The notes: generated by a model from the letters alone, not told the origin. DNA of 64,000 nt from Eledone cirrhosa (GCA_964016885.1 OZ024759.1:33046001-33110000), one strand, 5' to 3'. Positions 26,701 through 41,305 are shown, counted from the stretch's first letter. Numbers and translations: made by a program.

Positions 26701-27351
26701 ATTTTAAGGCCGGCTCCATCAAATGTTATTCCTAAGCCTAACGCTACTTTTGACATTCCAGATAGCAAACCATCGTGTGTATATGTGTATGTATTGACAT
26801 ATGTGTATGAGTATGTATAGATGTACACATATGTAGTTAGATACATAGTTTTAAAAAGACCACAATAAATAACCAATTTCACACAGATAATTCACAGTAA
26901 ATTACGGCACCGACTGATATCACATATGTGGCTGGCTCTCTGTGTGTGTGTATGTGAGCATATGTGTGTGTATGTGTGTCTGTGTGTCTGTGGATATGTG
27001 AGTTAGATTGTGTGTTTGTGTGTGCGTGTGCGTGCGTGTATATGTTCGTATATGTGAACATGTGTGTGTGAGTACATGTTTCTCTATATATGCATATCAT
27101 CATACAGGCACAGACAGGTATTACAAAAAAAAAAAAAAAAAAATGCAATTCCCCATCGGCCACACATACATACACAAAGACACACACTAACGTACCTATT
27201 CGCCAGCCATCTCGTATGAAGATAAAACACTGGATATTGAGGAAAATATATTTTTTTCTTCCTGTTCTTCGTGTTGAAGTATTTTATCAGAACTGAACTA
27301 CCTTTGAAAAGAAAATATTTTTTTCACTCTCCACCAGAGGACTCCATTTGA

Positions 27352-27460
<109 letters not shown>

Positions 27461-27600
27461 TGCAAAAAGAAAGTCCTATTCCAACTGTTTAAACACCGGA
27501 AGTAAACAAAATGCTGAAAGCATATATTTTATAGGAGCTGTTGATTAATGGTTAGGAATATACACGTGGATCACAGTTATATATATATATGTATACATAT

Positions 27601-27712
27601 GAACAAAGAGGGTGTGGTAAGATACCAGGTCGACCATAACGCACCAGAGTACTCAATACTTAAGTTAGTAGAGTGGGTAATATAAAAAAGTATCAGGGGT
27701 CCTGACTATTTT
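27601..27712 (-). mobile_element. Family A, short diverged copy
   Basis: GTGTGGTAAGATACCAGGTCGACCATAACGCACCAGAGTACTCAATACT...GTAGAGTGGGTAAT, then inverted GGGGTC. Confidence 0.8.
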
Positions 27713-27843
27713 CAGAGATATATGTATACATGTGTGTGTATATATTTATTCATATGCGTATGTGTATATATATAATAAATATGTCAAACTATATATATAT
27801 ATATATATAAAATAAATAAATAATTATGTATATGTATATATAT

Positions 27844-27942
27844 TTAATATAGAAATGGATACTACAGGACTAGAGGTGTTTTATTCGAAGGAAATCATCT
27901 AATCTTACTTAATGTGGATACCCCCGATTGAACCCGGGATAC
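27844..27942. mobile_element. Family F diverged copy
   Basis: TTAATATAGAA...CTACAGGACTAGA...GAAATCATC joined to CTTACTTAATGTGGATACCCCCGATTGAACCCGGG; compare 21480-21650. Confidence 0.7.
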
Positions 27943-27988
27943 ACGCACACATATATATGTATATATATATAGATACATGTGTGTGTGC

Positions 27989-28091
<103 letters not shown>

Positions 28092-28321
28092 AATGCTTAT
28101 GGCTGAGTCTTTTTAAGACAGTGGTAAATATATTTTTCAAGTTATAATCTGCGGAAGATATGGCTGGAAAGCAACTAATGATTCTAAAAAAATATGAAAG
28201 AACTCAATATTCAACACATTAAACTTTCAAAGACTGTCATTCCAAGCAATCATTGAATTAATAATTTAATAGTGACGTGACACTCTCTACGTGAAGTCGT
28301 TCTTTCCATATATATATATAT

Positions 28322-28489
28322 ATTGTTATACTTGGGGAGGGTCATATTGTTGTAATAATATTGCCAGACATAATAACAGAACACACTCACTGTTTGGTTG
28401 GTTTTCGCTTCTGTATCTTTAATATTTACAGAGTTAATTTTTTTGGCAATCAACGTTTATCATTGATTGACCAACGGTTAAAAATCCAG

Positions 28490-28520
<31 letters not shown>

Positions 28521-28628
28521 GTCTATCAAAGTTCTTTCGTTGCACATCTGCAACATCATCAGTCGTACTATTATGTTTCCTCCTGTTGTATTGTATGTAA
28601 ACATACGATTTCATATCAAAACGTTGCA
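28322..28628 (-). mobile_element. HHR-element family B copy (HHR-like 28519-28573)
   Basis: Reverse complement of 50745-51058 including CTGATGATGTTGCAGATGTGCAACGAAAG and the internal (TA)n. Confidence 0.85.
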
Positions 28629-28631
28629 AAA

Positions 28632-28673
<42 letters not shown>

Positions 28674-28797
28674 AAAGAACGACTATGTATATACAAGGTT
28701 GAGGTGTGAAAACATGCGAACATAGCTGCATTGTTCCTGTCCATGGACTATGTTGAAAAATAAACCACGTCTGTTCACTCCTTGAGAATATTTTGGT

Positions 28798-28992
<195 letters not shown>

Positions 28993-29018
28993 TAATATAT
29001 ATATATATAATATATATA

Positions 29019-29130
29019 TAAAAAAATAAGACTCCAGTTGCATTTTCGATTTCATCTCTTTTTCTTTATACTTTCACTCGCGTACGACACCTCGGTTATT
29101 TTTCAATTTGTAAAAAAAACCTCACTTTCT
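29019..29130 (+). mobile_element. Family G 3' fragment (no HHR)
   Basis: AAATAAGACTCCAGTTGCATTTTCGATTTCATC identical to about 23371-23403. Confidence 0.8.
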
Positions 29131-29149
29131 AATATATATAATATATATA

Positions 29150-29234
<85 letters not shown>

Positions 29235-29546
29235 ATTTATATATATATAAGCATAACACGTGAAATAGAAGGACTTTACTCCTTCATTGCATGGAAGAAT
29301 GAGAGTTCGGAAAAGAAATCGAAAGGTAGAAAAGATTTAGAAAACAAAAAATAAATTTTAAAACATATTTTTCTTGTGTATATACTGCACTGAGTGTTGT
29401 CGTTATATTAAGACTTGTCTGTGTATCTAGCTATCCATCTTTCTCTTTTTATGTGTGCGTATATATAAATAAGTATATTTGTACATATTTACTGAGGAAT
29501 ATATATATATATATATGCATATATTAAAGTTTTTATGTACGTTTAC

Positions 29547-29615
<69 letters not shown>

Positions 29616-29708
29616 ATATATTTATATTATATATATGTATGTGTGTGTGTGTACTGTATATATTTATGCTTGCGTATCTGTGTTTGCATGTATGTTTGTG
29701 TTTGTCTG

Positions 29709-29739
<31 letters not shown>

Positions 29740-29740
<1 letters not shown>

Positions 29741-30382
29741 ACGAAGGAATTGTGGTAAGGAATCAGATGGACCATAACGCACCAGAGTACCCAATAGTTA
29801 GGGTAGTAGAGTGGGAAATAGGAAAAAGTATGACCCCGACGGCAGAGCTCAAGCCATTTCGACGGCTATTTGTGGACTGAATTAGAATGTTTAGCTTGGT
29901 GAATAAATAGCCGAACTTGTCAATATGGGAAGATTGTAGTTGTCAAGAGGATTGGTTAAAATTTGTTGTAAACACAAATAAATCTATCATGGCAATTGGT
30001 GGGAGGTAGGGGCGGCTGAACTTGCCTGTAGAACAATAGGGGAGTGAGTGGAGCCGGTCAAGCGCTGAAAGTGATATGTATACAGCAGATTCTAAGGATA
30101 GTGTATGAAATGGAGGAGGAGGGGGGGGGGTATAGAATAGGTAATTCGAATGAGAGTAGGAGACAATAAAATATAATAGAAAAAAAAAATATATATATAT
30201 AAAATTAGATAGTGAGAAATGAATAAAAAAAAAATCACAATGCTATCTTACAATTACAGGTTAATAAGTTGAGAATAGAAAAAAAATTGTAGAAATTGAG
30301 TAGTAACAACACTGATACAAAATTAAAGAGGTATAGCCGTCGAAACGGCTTGAGCTCTGCCGTCGGGGTCATACTTTTTCCT
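29740..30382 (-). mobile_element. Family A copy (29740-29886) with inverted arm (30333-30382) separated by ~450 bp
   Basis: Both arms match the family A consensus; both outer ends abut (TA)n. Confidence 0.8.
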
Positions 30383-30474
30383 ATATATATATATAAATAC
30401 ATGTGTATGTAGATGTGTATCATTGCAGTGGCCAGCCAACAAACTATGAGGTTGTGGTGTTCTAAGTTCAACAA

Positions 30475-30506
<32 letters not shown>

Positions 30507-30714
30507 GAATGATAACGACAACAATTGTTAATGTTTCGGCATTAGAGAGTTGAGGGTGGAGAAATTCTCGAAGGAACTTAATTCGGACGTATATCATTCT
30601 GCAGTAGCACCGTTACTAGAGCCTTGCCTGGCTCTTCAGCTATCAGGGGAAATCATTCAACTCATTGTCAACATGGCAGATTGAGAATATAAGGTTTTTT
30701 TTCTACCCTTTTCT

Positions 30715-31170
30715 CTCATCTCTCTCTCTCACCTCTCACTCATCTCTCTCTCTCTCTCCCATACTTCTCCCTATCTCTCATCACTGCCTCATATCTCTCC
30801 CATCTCTCACCACTTTCTCTCGCTTGTCCGACTATCTCTCTCACCTCTTTCTCTCTCTCTCACCTCTTTCTCTCATTTGTCCGACGCTCTCTCTCTCCCT
30901 CTCTCTCTCTGTTGTCCCTCTCTTTCTCTATCTCTCAACACTCTCGGCCATCTCTCATACCTCTGTGTTGTCCCTCTCTTTCTCTACATCTCTATATTTC
31001 TTCTTTCTCTCTCTCTCTCTCTCTCACACACATCTCTTTCTCACCCCCTCTCTCATCTCTCCCTCTCTCGTCCCTCTCTTTCTCTACATCTCTCTCTCTC
31101 ATCCCCTATCTTTCATCTCTCTCCCTCTCCGCTGTCCTCCTCTTTCTCCACCTCTCTATCTTCCTATTCT
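30715..31170. repeat. Degenerate (CT)n polypyrimidine tract
   Basis: Direct reading. Confidence 0.9.
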
Positions 31171-31389
31171 ATTTAATAATCTGTCGGTGTACTCCCGCCA
31201 TGCAGTGCGGTTCTCACGTTGCAATCATTCGATTCAGCTATTCTCTGACGAATTGGAAGAGAGAAACAAAACGCAAAAAGAAAAAAAAAGAAATTCTGAA
31301 AACCCTCGTCTTATTATTATTATTATTATTATTATTATTGTTAAGTTCTGTATCTTCTTTGTTGTCCCTTCATCTCCATACACACATAA

Positions 31390-31453
<64 letters not shown>

Positions 31454-31554
31454 TATATATATATATAATATATATGTATATATATATATAATATATATAT
31501 ATATATATGTATATAATATATGTATATATATATGTATATAATATATGTATATAT

Positions 31555-31629
<75 letters not shown>

Positions 31630-31649
31630 ATATATATATATATATATGT

Positions 31650-31793
<144 letters not shown>

Positions 31794-31915
31794 GTATATA
31801 TATATTATTGTATATATATGTGTATATATATATATAATATATATATATATATATAATATGATCATATATATATAAATATTTATGTATATATATAATAAAT
31901 GCATACATATATATG

Positions 31916-31955
<40 letters not shown>

Positions 31956-32249
31956 AATGTATTACTGTCTAGATCTATCATGTCATATGTCTTGGCATGT
32001 TTTATTCTCCCCAATGGATTTTGGTTGTTTTGTAGTTCTTCAGAATTTGTGACGACCGACTCTCACATTATTATAGGTGCTTGTTATTATTATTATTATC
32101 ATTATTATTAATATTGCTATCATTATTATGATCACCTGACCATTATCTTCAGTTAAATATCCCTCGATTCATACACTATGTTCCTACATAACGAGTATAG
32201 ATAGTACAAATTCAAGAAGACAATTTGGGCATGGTCGCTATCCTTGTCA

Positions 32250-32625
32250 TCATTTGCCTGTATCATCACAAATCATCTGGAAGGCCATGGTTGGATTAGC
32301 TTGGAACATAGGCCTATTTCGTGACGACTGAGCTGATTGGGAGGGCGTGGTTTGGAATAACATTTGACATACGACTGTTGTAGCGAACTGACGTGAGAGT
32401 CACGGCTGGAATGACTCCCTTCAACGTTCTGATACTACTGGTACTGAGAAATCACTGCTACAGTACATGCAATGGGCTTCAACACAGCTTCTGCCTACCA
32501 AATGTCACACAGCAGATGTCATGATTGAGCTGATATCACGACACAGCAGATGTTACACAATGAGATCGAAACCTGTATCTTACTGATAGGAAGCAAAGCT
32601 CTTCACTATTCGCCAATGTTGCATC
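32250..32625 (-). mobile_element. Old diverged SINE of a second family
   Basis: Plus strand ends GAGATCGAAACC...GATAGGAAGCAAAGCTCTTCACTATTCGCCA (reverse-complement tRNA-like head) after ATGGGCTTCAACACAGCTTCTGCCTACCAAAT; family recognised from memory. Confidence 0.5.
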
Positions 32626-32868
32626 CACACAGCAACTATAACACCTGTAGTAGGAACATCACACAGTATTGCCCCTACCTACATCCATAGACACACACGA
32701 TGTAAATCATATTTTCATGTCAAAGTTATAATTTCCTTGCATGAAGGCGTCCATCTCATCATCTCACGTATCGTCGGGTTATTTAATACATAACTCTGGC
32801 GATAATGTGACTCTATAAGAGACTCTGCATCAAGATATTTTACATCTAAATTGTATAAGACTTTGTGC

Positions 32869-32951
<83 letters not shown>

Positions 32952-33762
32952 AACATTTGGTACAAGATGAATTAGATGAGAGAAGAAAGGGATGTGAGAG
33001 AAAACGGATGGATTAGTGAAGAAGAAGATGAAGAAGAAGGTAATAGAGAAATAAGAGAAGTCGAATTGGAAGAAAGAAAGAAGAGATGAGGACAAAGAAG
33101 AAGAAGAAGAGAAGAAGAAGAAGAAGCAAAAGAATGAAAGAGATAGAAAAAGCAGTAGAAGGAGAAGAGGAAGAAGACAAATAAGAATGTAGGAAAATAA
33201 GAAAAAAACAAAAACATCCCGAAAGGAATATGATAGAATAGACAAGAACTATGCATCTTTGTAAATAAGAACAAACCACCACCACCACCACCACCAACAG
33301 CAACACCACCAACAACAAAAGTAAGTAAAAAACAAAAACAAGCTAAGAAACCAAAGCAGAACGATTACAACGAGGTTGGCAATATATTCTATAATCACTA
33401 CCGAGGGTTTCAATTTGTTGACAATGTTTTATTCCTAGATGTAGGGTTTAAAGAAAAACTTATCCCAATTGTTATCAAAATTACCATCTTTTTCATTATT
33501 TTGTTTCGCATTTATCACTTCACACATGCACACACATTTAAGTATATATAATTATATATATATATATATATTATATAGGTATATATTACTATTGTTTATG
33601 TTTATATTTTCTTTTGTCTATATATATATATTTGTATGTTTTACTTTATATATATATATTTGTATTTCATTCATACATTATTTATATTTCATGTATATTC
33701 ATATTATATATATACAGTATATATATATATATATATACACAGTATATATATATATATATATA

Positions 33763-33867
<105 letters not shown>

Positions 33868-33913
33868 CGCACACATATAACCTACATACATTCATATACA
33901 TACTTATATGCAT

Positions 33914-33995
<82 letters not shown>

Positions 33996-33998
<3 letters not shown>

Positions 33999-34390
33999 CG
34001 ATATTAACAAATGGAAACTATATTTATAAAACCATATTTATTTCATTATACATATTTCAAGGATACCAAGTTAAATTATGGTGTGCTTTCATCAGACAAA
34101 ATATAATATAGATCAGTTTTATAAATAAATATTGTCATACCCTTAAAAAAAGCAACCATTACTGTTGGAAGCTCCCGGATAGACCTGGATATTTATTTAT
34201 AAAAGTTATCTATATTATATTTTGTCTGATGAAAGCACACCATAATTTAACTTGGTGTCCTTGAAATATGTATAATGAAATAAATATGGTTTTATAAATA
34301 TAGTTTCCATTTGTTAATATCGTATGTTTACTCCAAATATTTGTTGAGTGCTTTATATCAGTTATAAAAATATTTGCTTGTTGTATCCCA
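33996..34390. mobile_element. HHR-element family C palindrome (arms 33996-34132 / 34189-34325)
   Basis: ~135-bp near-perfect inverted arms, each holding an HHR; in (TA)n. Confidence 0.9.
34213..34287 (+). ncRNA. Complete type I hammerhead ribozyme (mirror copy 34034-34110 on minus)
   Basis: TATTATATTTTGT-CTGATGA(34226)-AAGCACACCA..TGGTGTCCTT-GAAA(34263)TATGTATA|ATGAAATAAATA; predicted cleavage after 34274 (AUA). Confidence 0.8.
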
Positions 34391-34409
34391 ACAATTTAAA
34401 TAGAACTTT

Positions 34410-34462
<53 letters not shown>

Positions 34463-34615
34463 CCTACATGCATTCATATACATACTTATATGCATACATA
34501 TGCATATATATACCTACATACATTCATATACATACGTTATATGCATACGTATATATATATATACCTACATATATTCATATACACACACACATGTATATAT
34601 ATATATATACACACA

Positions 34616-34719
<104 letters not shown>

Positions 34720-34730
34720 TATATATACAC

Positions 34731-34778
<48 letters not shown>

Positions 34779-34803
34779 TATACACAATATATATATATAT
34801 ACA

Positions 34804-34839
<36 letters not shown>

Positions 34840-35424
34840 TTGTATTTATATTTATTCGTGTATTTGTTTAATGTTTTCCCTTTTTAATACATATTATCTA
34901 TATGTTGTATATTATATTTATGGTTGTTTATGGTGCTTTAATGCTTACTTTCTGTTGAAATCTTGAGGGAGCTGACCGCTCTGCACTTTAGAAATAAATA
35001 CAATAATCTGACCAATTCTTTTGTTTCGCTCTTCGCTTATGATAAAGTGATGCACCCCCCTCTCATCTCTCTCACTTCTTCTCCCTCGTCTCTCTCATCA
35101 CTTTCTATCATCGCTATCAGCCCCTCTCATCTCTGTCACTACTTCTCCCTTATCTCTTTTACCACTTCACCCCCATCTCTCTCCCCACTTCACCCCCTCC
35201 CATCTCTCACTACCCCACCCGCTCTCGCCTCTATCACTACTCCCCCCCATCACTATCACTGCCAATATTTCCCCGACTCCTATAAGATTTTTTCAACTGT
35301 AAAAGTTTGAAGGGGGCAGTGGGGGAGGAGGGGGGGAAGAGGTGGGATTCGTGGCGTTCCCTTAAGTAGCAGGTCTGAGGCTGAATATACAATAAACATG
35401 GCAGGAGAAGGGGAAAAGGATAAA

Positions 35425-35720
35425 CTAGTAATAGTAGTAGTAGTAATAGTAGTAGTAGCAGTAGTGGTAGTAGTAGAAGAAGAAATAAGAAAAAAGATGA
35501 AAGAAGGAGAAGACGAACGAAAATGGAAGAAAAAAAGAGACGAAAAAATGGAACAAGAAAAAATAGAAGTAGAAGAAAAAGAAAAAGAAAAACGAAGAAA
35601 ACGAAGAAGAAAAAGAAGAAAAAGAAGAAAAAAGAAAAAGAAAAAAGAAGAAAAAAGGAAAAGAAGAAAAAGAAAAAAAGAAAAAGAAAAAAAGAAAAAG
35701 AAAAAAGAAGAAAGAAGATG
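35425..35720. repeat. (GTA)n followed by A/G-rich (GAA/GAAAAA)n tract
   Basis: Direct reading. Confidence 0.9.
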
Positions 35721-36104
35721 ATAGGGAATGAAAGAAGAGGAATAAAAGTATCCATTGTTTATATATCCCCCTTCTCCCCTAACACCTCCTCCCTATCTAC
35801 CCCCTCCACTTCCCAACACCCCCTTCTCTACCCCCTCTAACTCCTACCCATCCAACCATACAATTTTCCAGCAGTGATTTGCTGATATTAAAATGGCTTC
35901 TTTTTTCTTTACCTGAAAAAATCCTGTGAGTCCATTGCAATAAATATCCCGTGTCGTTTTCACGAGAAGATACACTTAGTGAAACGATATCTCAACAAGA
36001 AACTACATCAATCTGGTGTCAGTGTAGTGGGGTAGAAGTACGGAAGGGATGGGATGGATCTCCGTTGGTTTTGACGATGATTGTCTTCTATTGGTTCGTT
36101 AAAA

Positions 36105-36245
36105 GTAACATCATACCCGAGAAATTAATGTGTAAATGGCTGAGTATCCCTCAGGTATGCGTACCCCTAACATAATTTTTCAGGGAGAGATTTAGCGTGA
36201 CACAGTGTATGACAAAGCTGGTCCTTTGAAACCCTAGTACGAGCT
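36105..36245 (+). mobile_element. Diverged fragment of a common interspersed repeat
   Basis: GGCTGAGTATCCCTCAGGTATGCGTACCCCTAAC...AGCGTGACACAGTGTATGACAAAGCTGGTCCTTTGAA resembles an octopus SINE body (from memory only). Confidence 0.4.
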
Positions 36246-36810
36246 TCATGGTCAGATTTGGTCTATTTAGTCTACCTGAAGACTAATGGGCAGAATTGAG
36301 GCTATATTAAATCACACTTGCCCATGATAGGACAGCTCAGACCTATGCAGGTTTAGCTGGCCTCCTCCAAAGTATATCTTGTTGGAGGTGTCTTGGGTAA
36401 TTTAATGATAGAAACCCCAGTCCTATCATCTCATTTCTACAGCTGAGTAAAATGATACCACCCAGTAGGATCGAACCCGAGACCTATTGATAATTAATTT
36501 GAACTTTAACTGCTCGGTCTACTAGTGAAACGTGGATGTGGCGGTGTGTTGTAAATGGACAGAGATATTACAGCTCACTTATTAACTTACTACTATCATC
36601 TACGGGTTTAATCTACTCCCATCTCCGCGACTCACTTTATTTCTCTCTGCTTGTACCACATTTATCATCCGGTTTTCTGTCTGTCTGTTTGTCTGTCTAT
36701 GTGTCTTGCTCCATGGATTGGCCAAATCATTAGGACTTATGACAATATGCTTCCCTTCTGGTTTATTATATTCTGAGCTTCGTAGCATAGAGAAACAACC
36801 CTTTACGTTT

Positions 36811-36958
36811 TGAGTTCAAATCCCGCCGAGGTTAGCTTTGCCTTCCAACCTTACGGGGTCGATGAAATAAAGCACCAGTAATGCATTGGGGTCGATTTAA
36901 TAAACTTTCGCCCCCCCCCCCCCCCTTCAATTTGCTGACGTGCCTAAAGTAGAAACAA
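36811..36958 (+). mobile_element. SINE copy (B-box to 3' end)
   Basis: GAGTTCAAATCCCGCCGAGG...GGGGTCGATGAAATAAAGCACCAG...GTAGAAACA. Confidence 0.85.
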
Positions 36959-37273
36959 ATATATTCTGAGTTCAAATTCCTTCGAAGTGACTGTCACCTT
37001 CCTGAGGTCAATATCCTAAAGTGCCAAGCAAATAAAGATCTCCATAGAAACGATTTTACCCCTCCTTCAAATTGATGGTCATGTGTTGAAATTAGAAGCC
37101 CTCGTTAATAGTACATCTCTCTGCCCCTTTCTCTCTCTCTCATATTCGCCTTTATCTCTGGTCTCACCAGCCTCGGCTTTGTCCAACAAATACTCTCTGC
37201 AATTCTTTACACATTTAATCCTTTCAATTTCACCTTCCGTGTTATGTAGGTATATATTTAGGTATATATATGT

Positions 37274-37419
<146 letters not shown>

Positions 37420-37486
37420 ATATATATATATATGTATGTGTATATATATATATATATGTATGTGTATATATATATATATGTATGTG

Positions 37487-37523
<37 letters not shown>

Positions 37524-37524
37524 G

Positions 37525-37555
<31 letters not shown>

Positions 37556-37584
37556 GTATATATATATATGTATATATATATATG

Positions 37585-37615
<31 letters not shown>

Positions 37616-37645
37616 GTATATATATATATACATACATATATATAT

Positions 37646-37683
<38 letters not shown>

Positions 37684-37695
37684 AAATATATATAG

Positions 37696-37764
<69 letters not shown>

Positions 37765-37870
37765 AATATATCTATACAAATACATACCTACATAACACAA
37801 ACATAAATATATGTGTATATATATATGCGTACATATACAGACATAGTGGCAAATGGACACACACACACAC

Positions 37871-37963
<93 letters not shown>

Positions 37964-38260
37964 GTATGTGTGTGTGCATGTATTTTCCTGTTTCAACTTA
38001 AAAGTTGGAGCAATTAAAGAACGGAAATGAAGTTAGAATGCCTGCAACACAATAATTACATTAATTGGCAGACAGTGATACACAGTAAGAGTGGTAGAGT
38101 GAATCAATCATCATAACAAACATATCTAACTACTACAATAGATAACCATCATCGTCAATGTCAGAGCTATCGTCATCATCATCGTTATAGATGTCATCAT
38201 CATCATCATCATCATACTTTATAATGATGATGATGTTTTCGATGAAGATTATAACGATTA

Positions 38261-38320
<60 letters not shown>

Positions 38321-38524
38321 AATATAATATATATACATATATATATATATATATTATATATATATACATATATATATATATTATATATATACATATATAT
38401 ATACATATATATATATATTATATATATATATATTATATATATATATATATTATATATATATATATTATATATATATATATATTATATATATATATATTAT
38501 ATATATATATATATTATATATATA

Positions 38525-38608
<84 letters not shown>

Positions 38609-38609
<1 letters not shown>

Positions 38610-38795
38610 CGATATTAAAAAAATGGAAACTATATTTATAAAACCATATCTATTTTATTATATATATTTCAAGGATACCTTGTTAAATTATGGTATGCTT
38701 TCATCAGACAAAATACAATATATACCAGTTTTATAAATAAATATCGACACAACCCTTTCTAAATGCAACCGTTACTTTTGCAAGACATCAGGATA

Positions 38796-38797
<2 letters not shown>
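38609..38797 (-). mobile_element. Family C single copy with HHR (38650-38715)
   Basis: Minus strand CTGATGA-AAGCATACC..GGTATCCTT-GAAATATATATA-ATAAAATA. Confidence 0.85.
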
Positions 38798-38830
<33 letters not shown>

Positions 38831-38832
<2 letters not shown>

Positions 38833-38957
38833 CACTGATGAATTATAAGAGCTCATTTGGATATATATCTGTTGATCCTATACAAGCTCCTACATAAATT
38901 GGTATAATTTCACCCACATTGTAGGAATCTTATAATGAAACAAGACGTCCGTCTGGG
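38831..38957 (+). ncRNA. Hammerhead motif with ~95-nt branched stem II
   Basis: CCCA-CTGATGA(38835)-ATTATAAGA...TCTTATAAT-GAAAC(38937)AAGACGTCCGTC|TGGG; stem I CCCA/TGGG and a 9-bp stem II base. Confidence 0.7.
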
Positions 38958-39128
38958 AAGATATATATTCGATATGTCTCATATGAAATAATACAGCCAA
39001 TTATCCACGCAATACTTTTAGTTAGCACCCCGAACGTTTAATTAGGAATATACTCACTTATTTCCTAATGTTTGTTGAGTGAGTTGGAATTTGGCCGGTG
39101 TATCGCTAAAAGCTTTCTCCGATAATGA

Positions 39129-39165
<37 letters not shown>

Positions 39166-39166
<1 letters not shown>

Positions 39167-39274
39167 TGATTAGATACTACCTTGCTCACAAGTGTTTTTT
39201 TAAGCTTCATATCATGTTCCCCTATTTTATCTGATGAGAACGCAAATATCGTTCCAGGATGATATTTGCTTTTG

Positions 39275-39278
<4 letters not shown>
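39166..39278 (+). mobile_element. Family D copy, HHR truncated after GAAA by (TA)n
   Basis: CCTATTTTAT-CTGATGA(39231)-GAACGCAAATATCGT..ATGATATTTGCTTTT-GAAA; homologous to 56945-57060. Confidence 0.8.
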
Positions 39279-39341
<63 letters not shown>

Positions 39342-39342
39342 C

Positions 39343-39529
39343 TGTTTCTACGTTTGGCACAAGGCCAGAAATTACCCAGTGCATTACTGGTACTTTATTT
39401 TATCGACCCCGTAAGGATGAAAGGCAAAGTTAACCTCGGCGGGATTTGAACTCAGAATGGCAAGGGCCGTAACTCTATGCGTCAAAGCATGGCGTCCGAC
39501 CCTCTACCGATACTGCCAATCCACCGCCC
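39343..39529 (-). mobile_element. SINE, full length
   Basis: Reverse complement of 19935-20121. Confidence 0.9.
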
Positions 39530-39543
39530 TTATATATATATAT

Positions 39544-39742
39544 AACGAAGGAAGTGTGGTAAGGAACCAGGTGGACCATACCATAACGCACCAGAGTACT
39601 CAATACGTAGGGTTGAAGAGTGGGTAATAGGAAATTGTTCAAGACCCCGATGGTAGAGCTCAAGCTGTTTCGACGGCTATTTTTTGTCCAGAAATAACCG
39701 TCGAAACGGCTTGAGCTCTGCCGTCGGGGTCTTGAACAATTT

Positions 39743-39745
<3 letters not shown>
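39544..39745 (-). mobile_element. Family A fold-back copy
   Basis: ...GTTTCGACGGCTATTTTTTGTCCAGAAATAACCGTCGAAACGGC...; in (TA)n. Confidence 0.9.
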
Positions 39746-39807
<62 letters not shown>

Positions 39808-39819
39808 ATATATACATAT

Positions 39820-39878
<59 letters not shown>

Positions 39879-40652
39879 TACAGACATATGCAAGTATGTC
39901 TGTGATTAAACAGCAGACAACGAAATTACTCGCTGCAATTCTAAAGGTTGAAGAGTGGACACTTTTGACATGGAAAATAAAAGCAATCACTAAACAAAAC
40001 AGTCAGCAAACTTTAGTACGGAACATGTCTATAATTCATAGAGATATAAAACTCTATTAATCCGGCATTAATTCGGCATTAATCCGGCACATAGGTAATA
40101 ACTACTTTACTCATTGCCTTACTGTCAGGCCTTCAAACCAAATTATATTTAGAAACACATTAAAATGAATTGTGTGCTTCAGATTTTAGGAATCTGTAAA
40201 AAGCGATTCGAAGAACACACAGCAACCAATTGCTGTTTCCAAGCATGTCGTATTCAAGTGTGATGCAATTTTTGCTTCTCAATGCTTTTCACCGTACAAT
40301 AGCTTCCGTAGTGGTTTGGTTTGAAGACGTGGGATACTTCTGCCATTTCTCATTGGATAAATCTTTAATGCAATAATAAAATGGCTTGGTGCCAAGCTGT
40401 CACAGGAATATAAAGCTATTGTGTATTGGTTTTCGTATTGGCATTTTGGTTAATGTCTATTGAGGGTGTCATTTCGATTTCTCGTTCTTAATGCTGTTTC
40501 TAGCTGAATATATGTACGTGACGGAAAATGACGGCGGTACGCTTTCCCACCTACGATGTAAATATCTCGCTCTTATCTTTAAATATTTGCGTGTGACCTT
40601 CAATGTGATATTTCACAAAATCATAAATATGTATACATATGCAGACATACAC

Positions 40653-40719
<67 letters not shown>

Positions 40720-41041
40720 TATATATATATATATATACATATATATGCATATATATATATATATACACACATACATACATACACACATATATACCTACAC
40801 ACACACATATATCTATGTATAAATATATACACATATATTTACACACATATGTATACATACACACACACATATATATATATATACATACACACACACATAT
40901 ATACTGTATATATATACACATATACACATATATATCTATGTATAAATATATACACACATATTTATACACACAGACATACACACACACACACACATATACA
41001 TATATGTAAATATATATATAATCATTACTTTTATTATTATT

Positions 41042-41305
41042 AAAGTACCAGTAATGCACTGGGTAATTGCTGGCCTTGTGCCTAAAGTAGAAACATTATT
41101 ATTATTATTGTCGTTTAGAGGCGGTGGATTGACAGTATCGGTAGAGGGTCGGACGCCATGCTTTGACGCATATAGTTACGGCCCTTGCCAATCTGAGTTC
41201 AAATCCCGCCGAGCTTAACTTTGCCTTTCATCCTTACGGGGTCGATAAAATAAAGTACCAGTAATGTACTGGGTATTTGCTGGCCTTGTGCCAAAAGTAG
41301 AAACA
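41042..41305 (+). mobile_element. SINE 3' fragment (41042-41094) plus full SINE (41120-41305) with TSD
   Basis: TSD ATTATTATTGT(C/T)GTTTA at 41101-41117 and 41306-41322. Confidence 0.9.

Noticed and set aside
30612-30645. Minus-strand CTGAAGA-GCC..GGC hairpin
   Set aside because: It is followed by TCTA, not GAAA; a chance match. CTGANGA hits near 4360, 24245, 31246 and 58433 fail similarly.
40270-40360. Minus-strand peptide KPLRKLLYGE resembling the RTE motif PKQLLYGEL
   Set aside because: The flanking GHVxRM and GxRxxGRP motifs are absent; too short to call.
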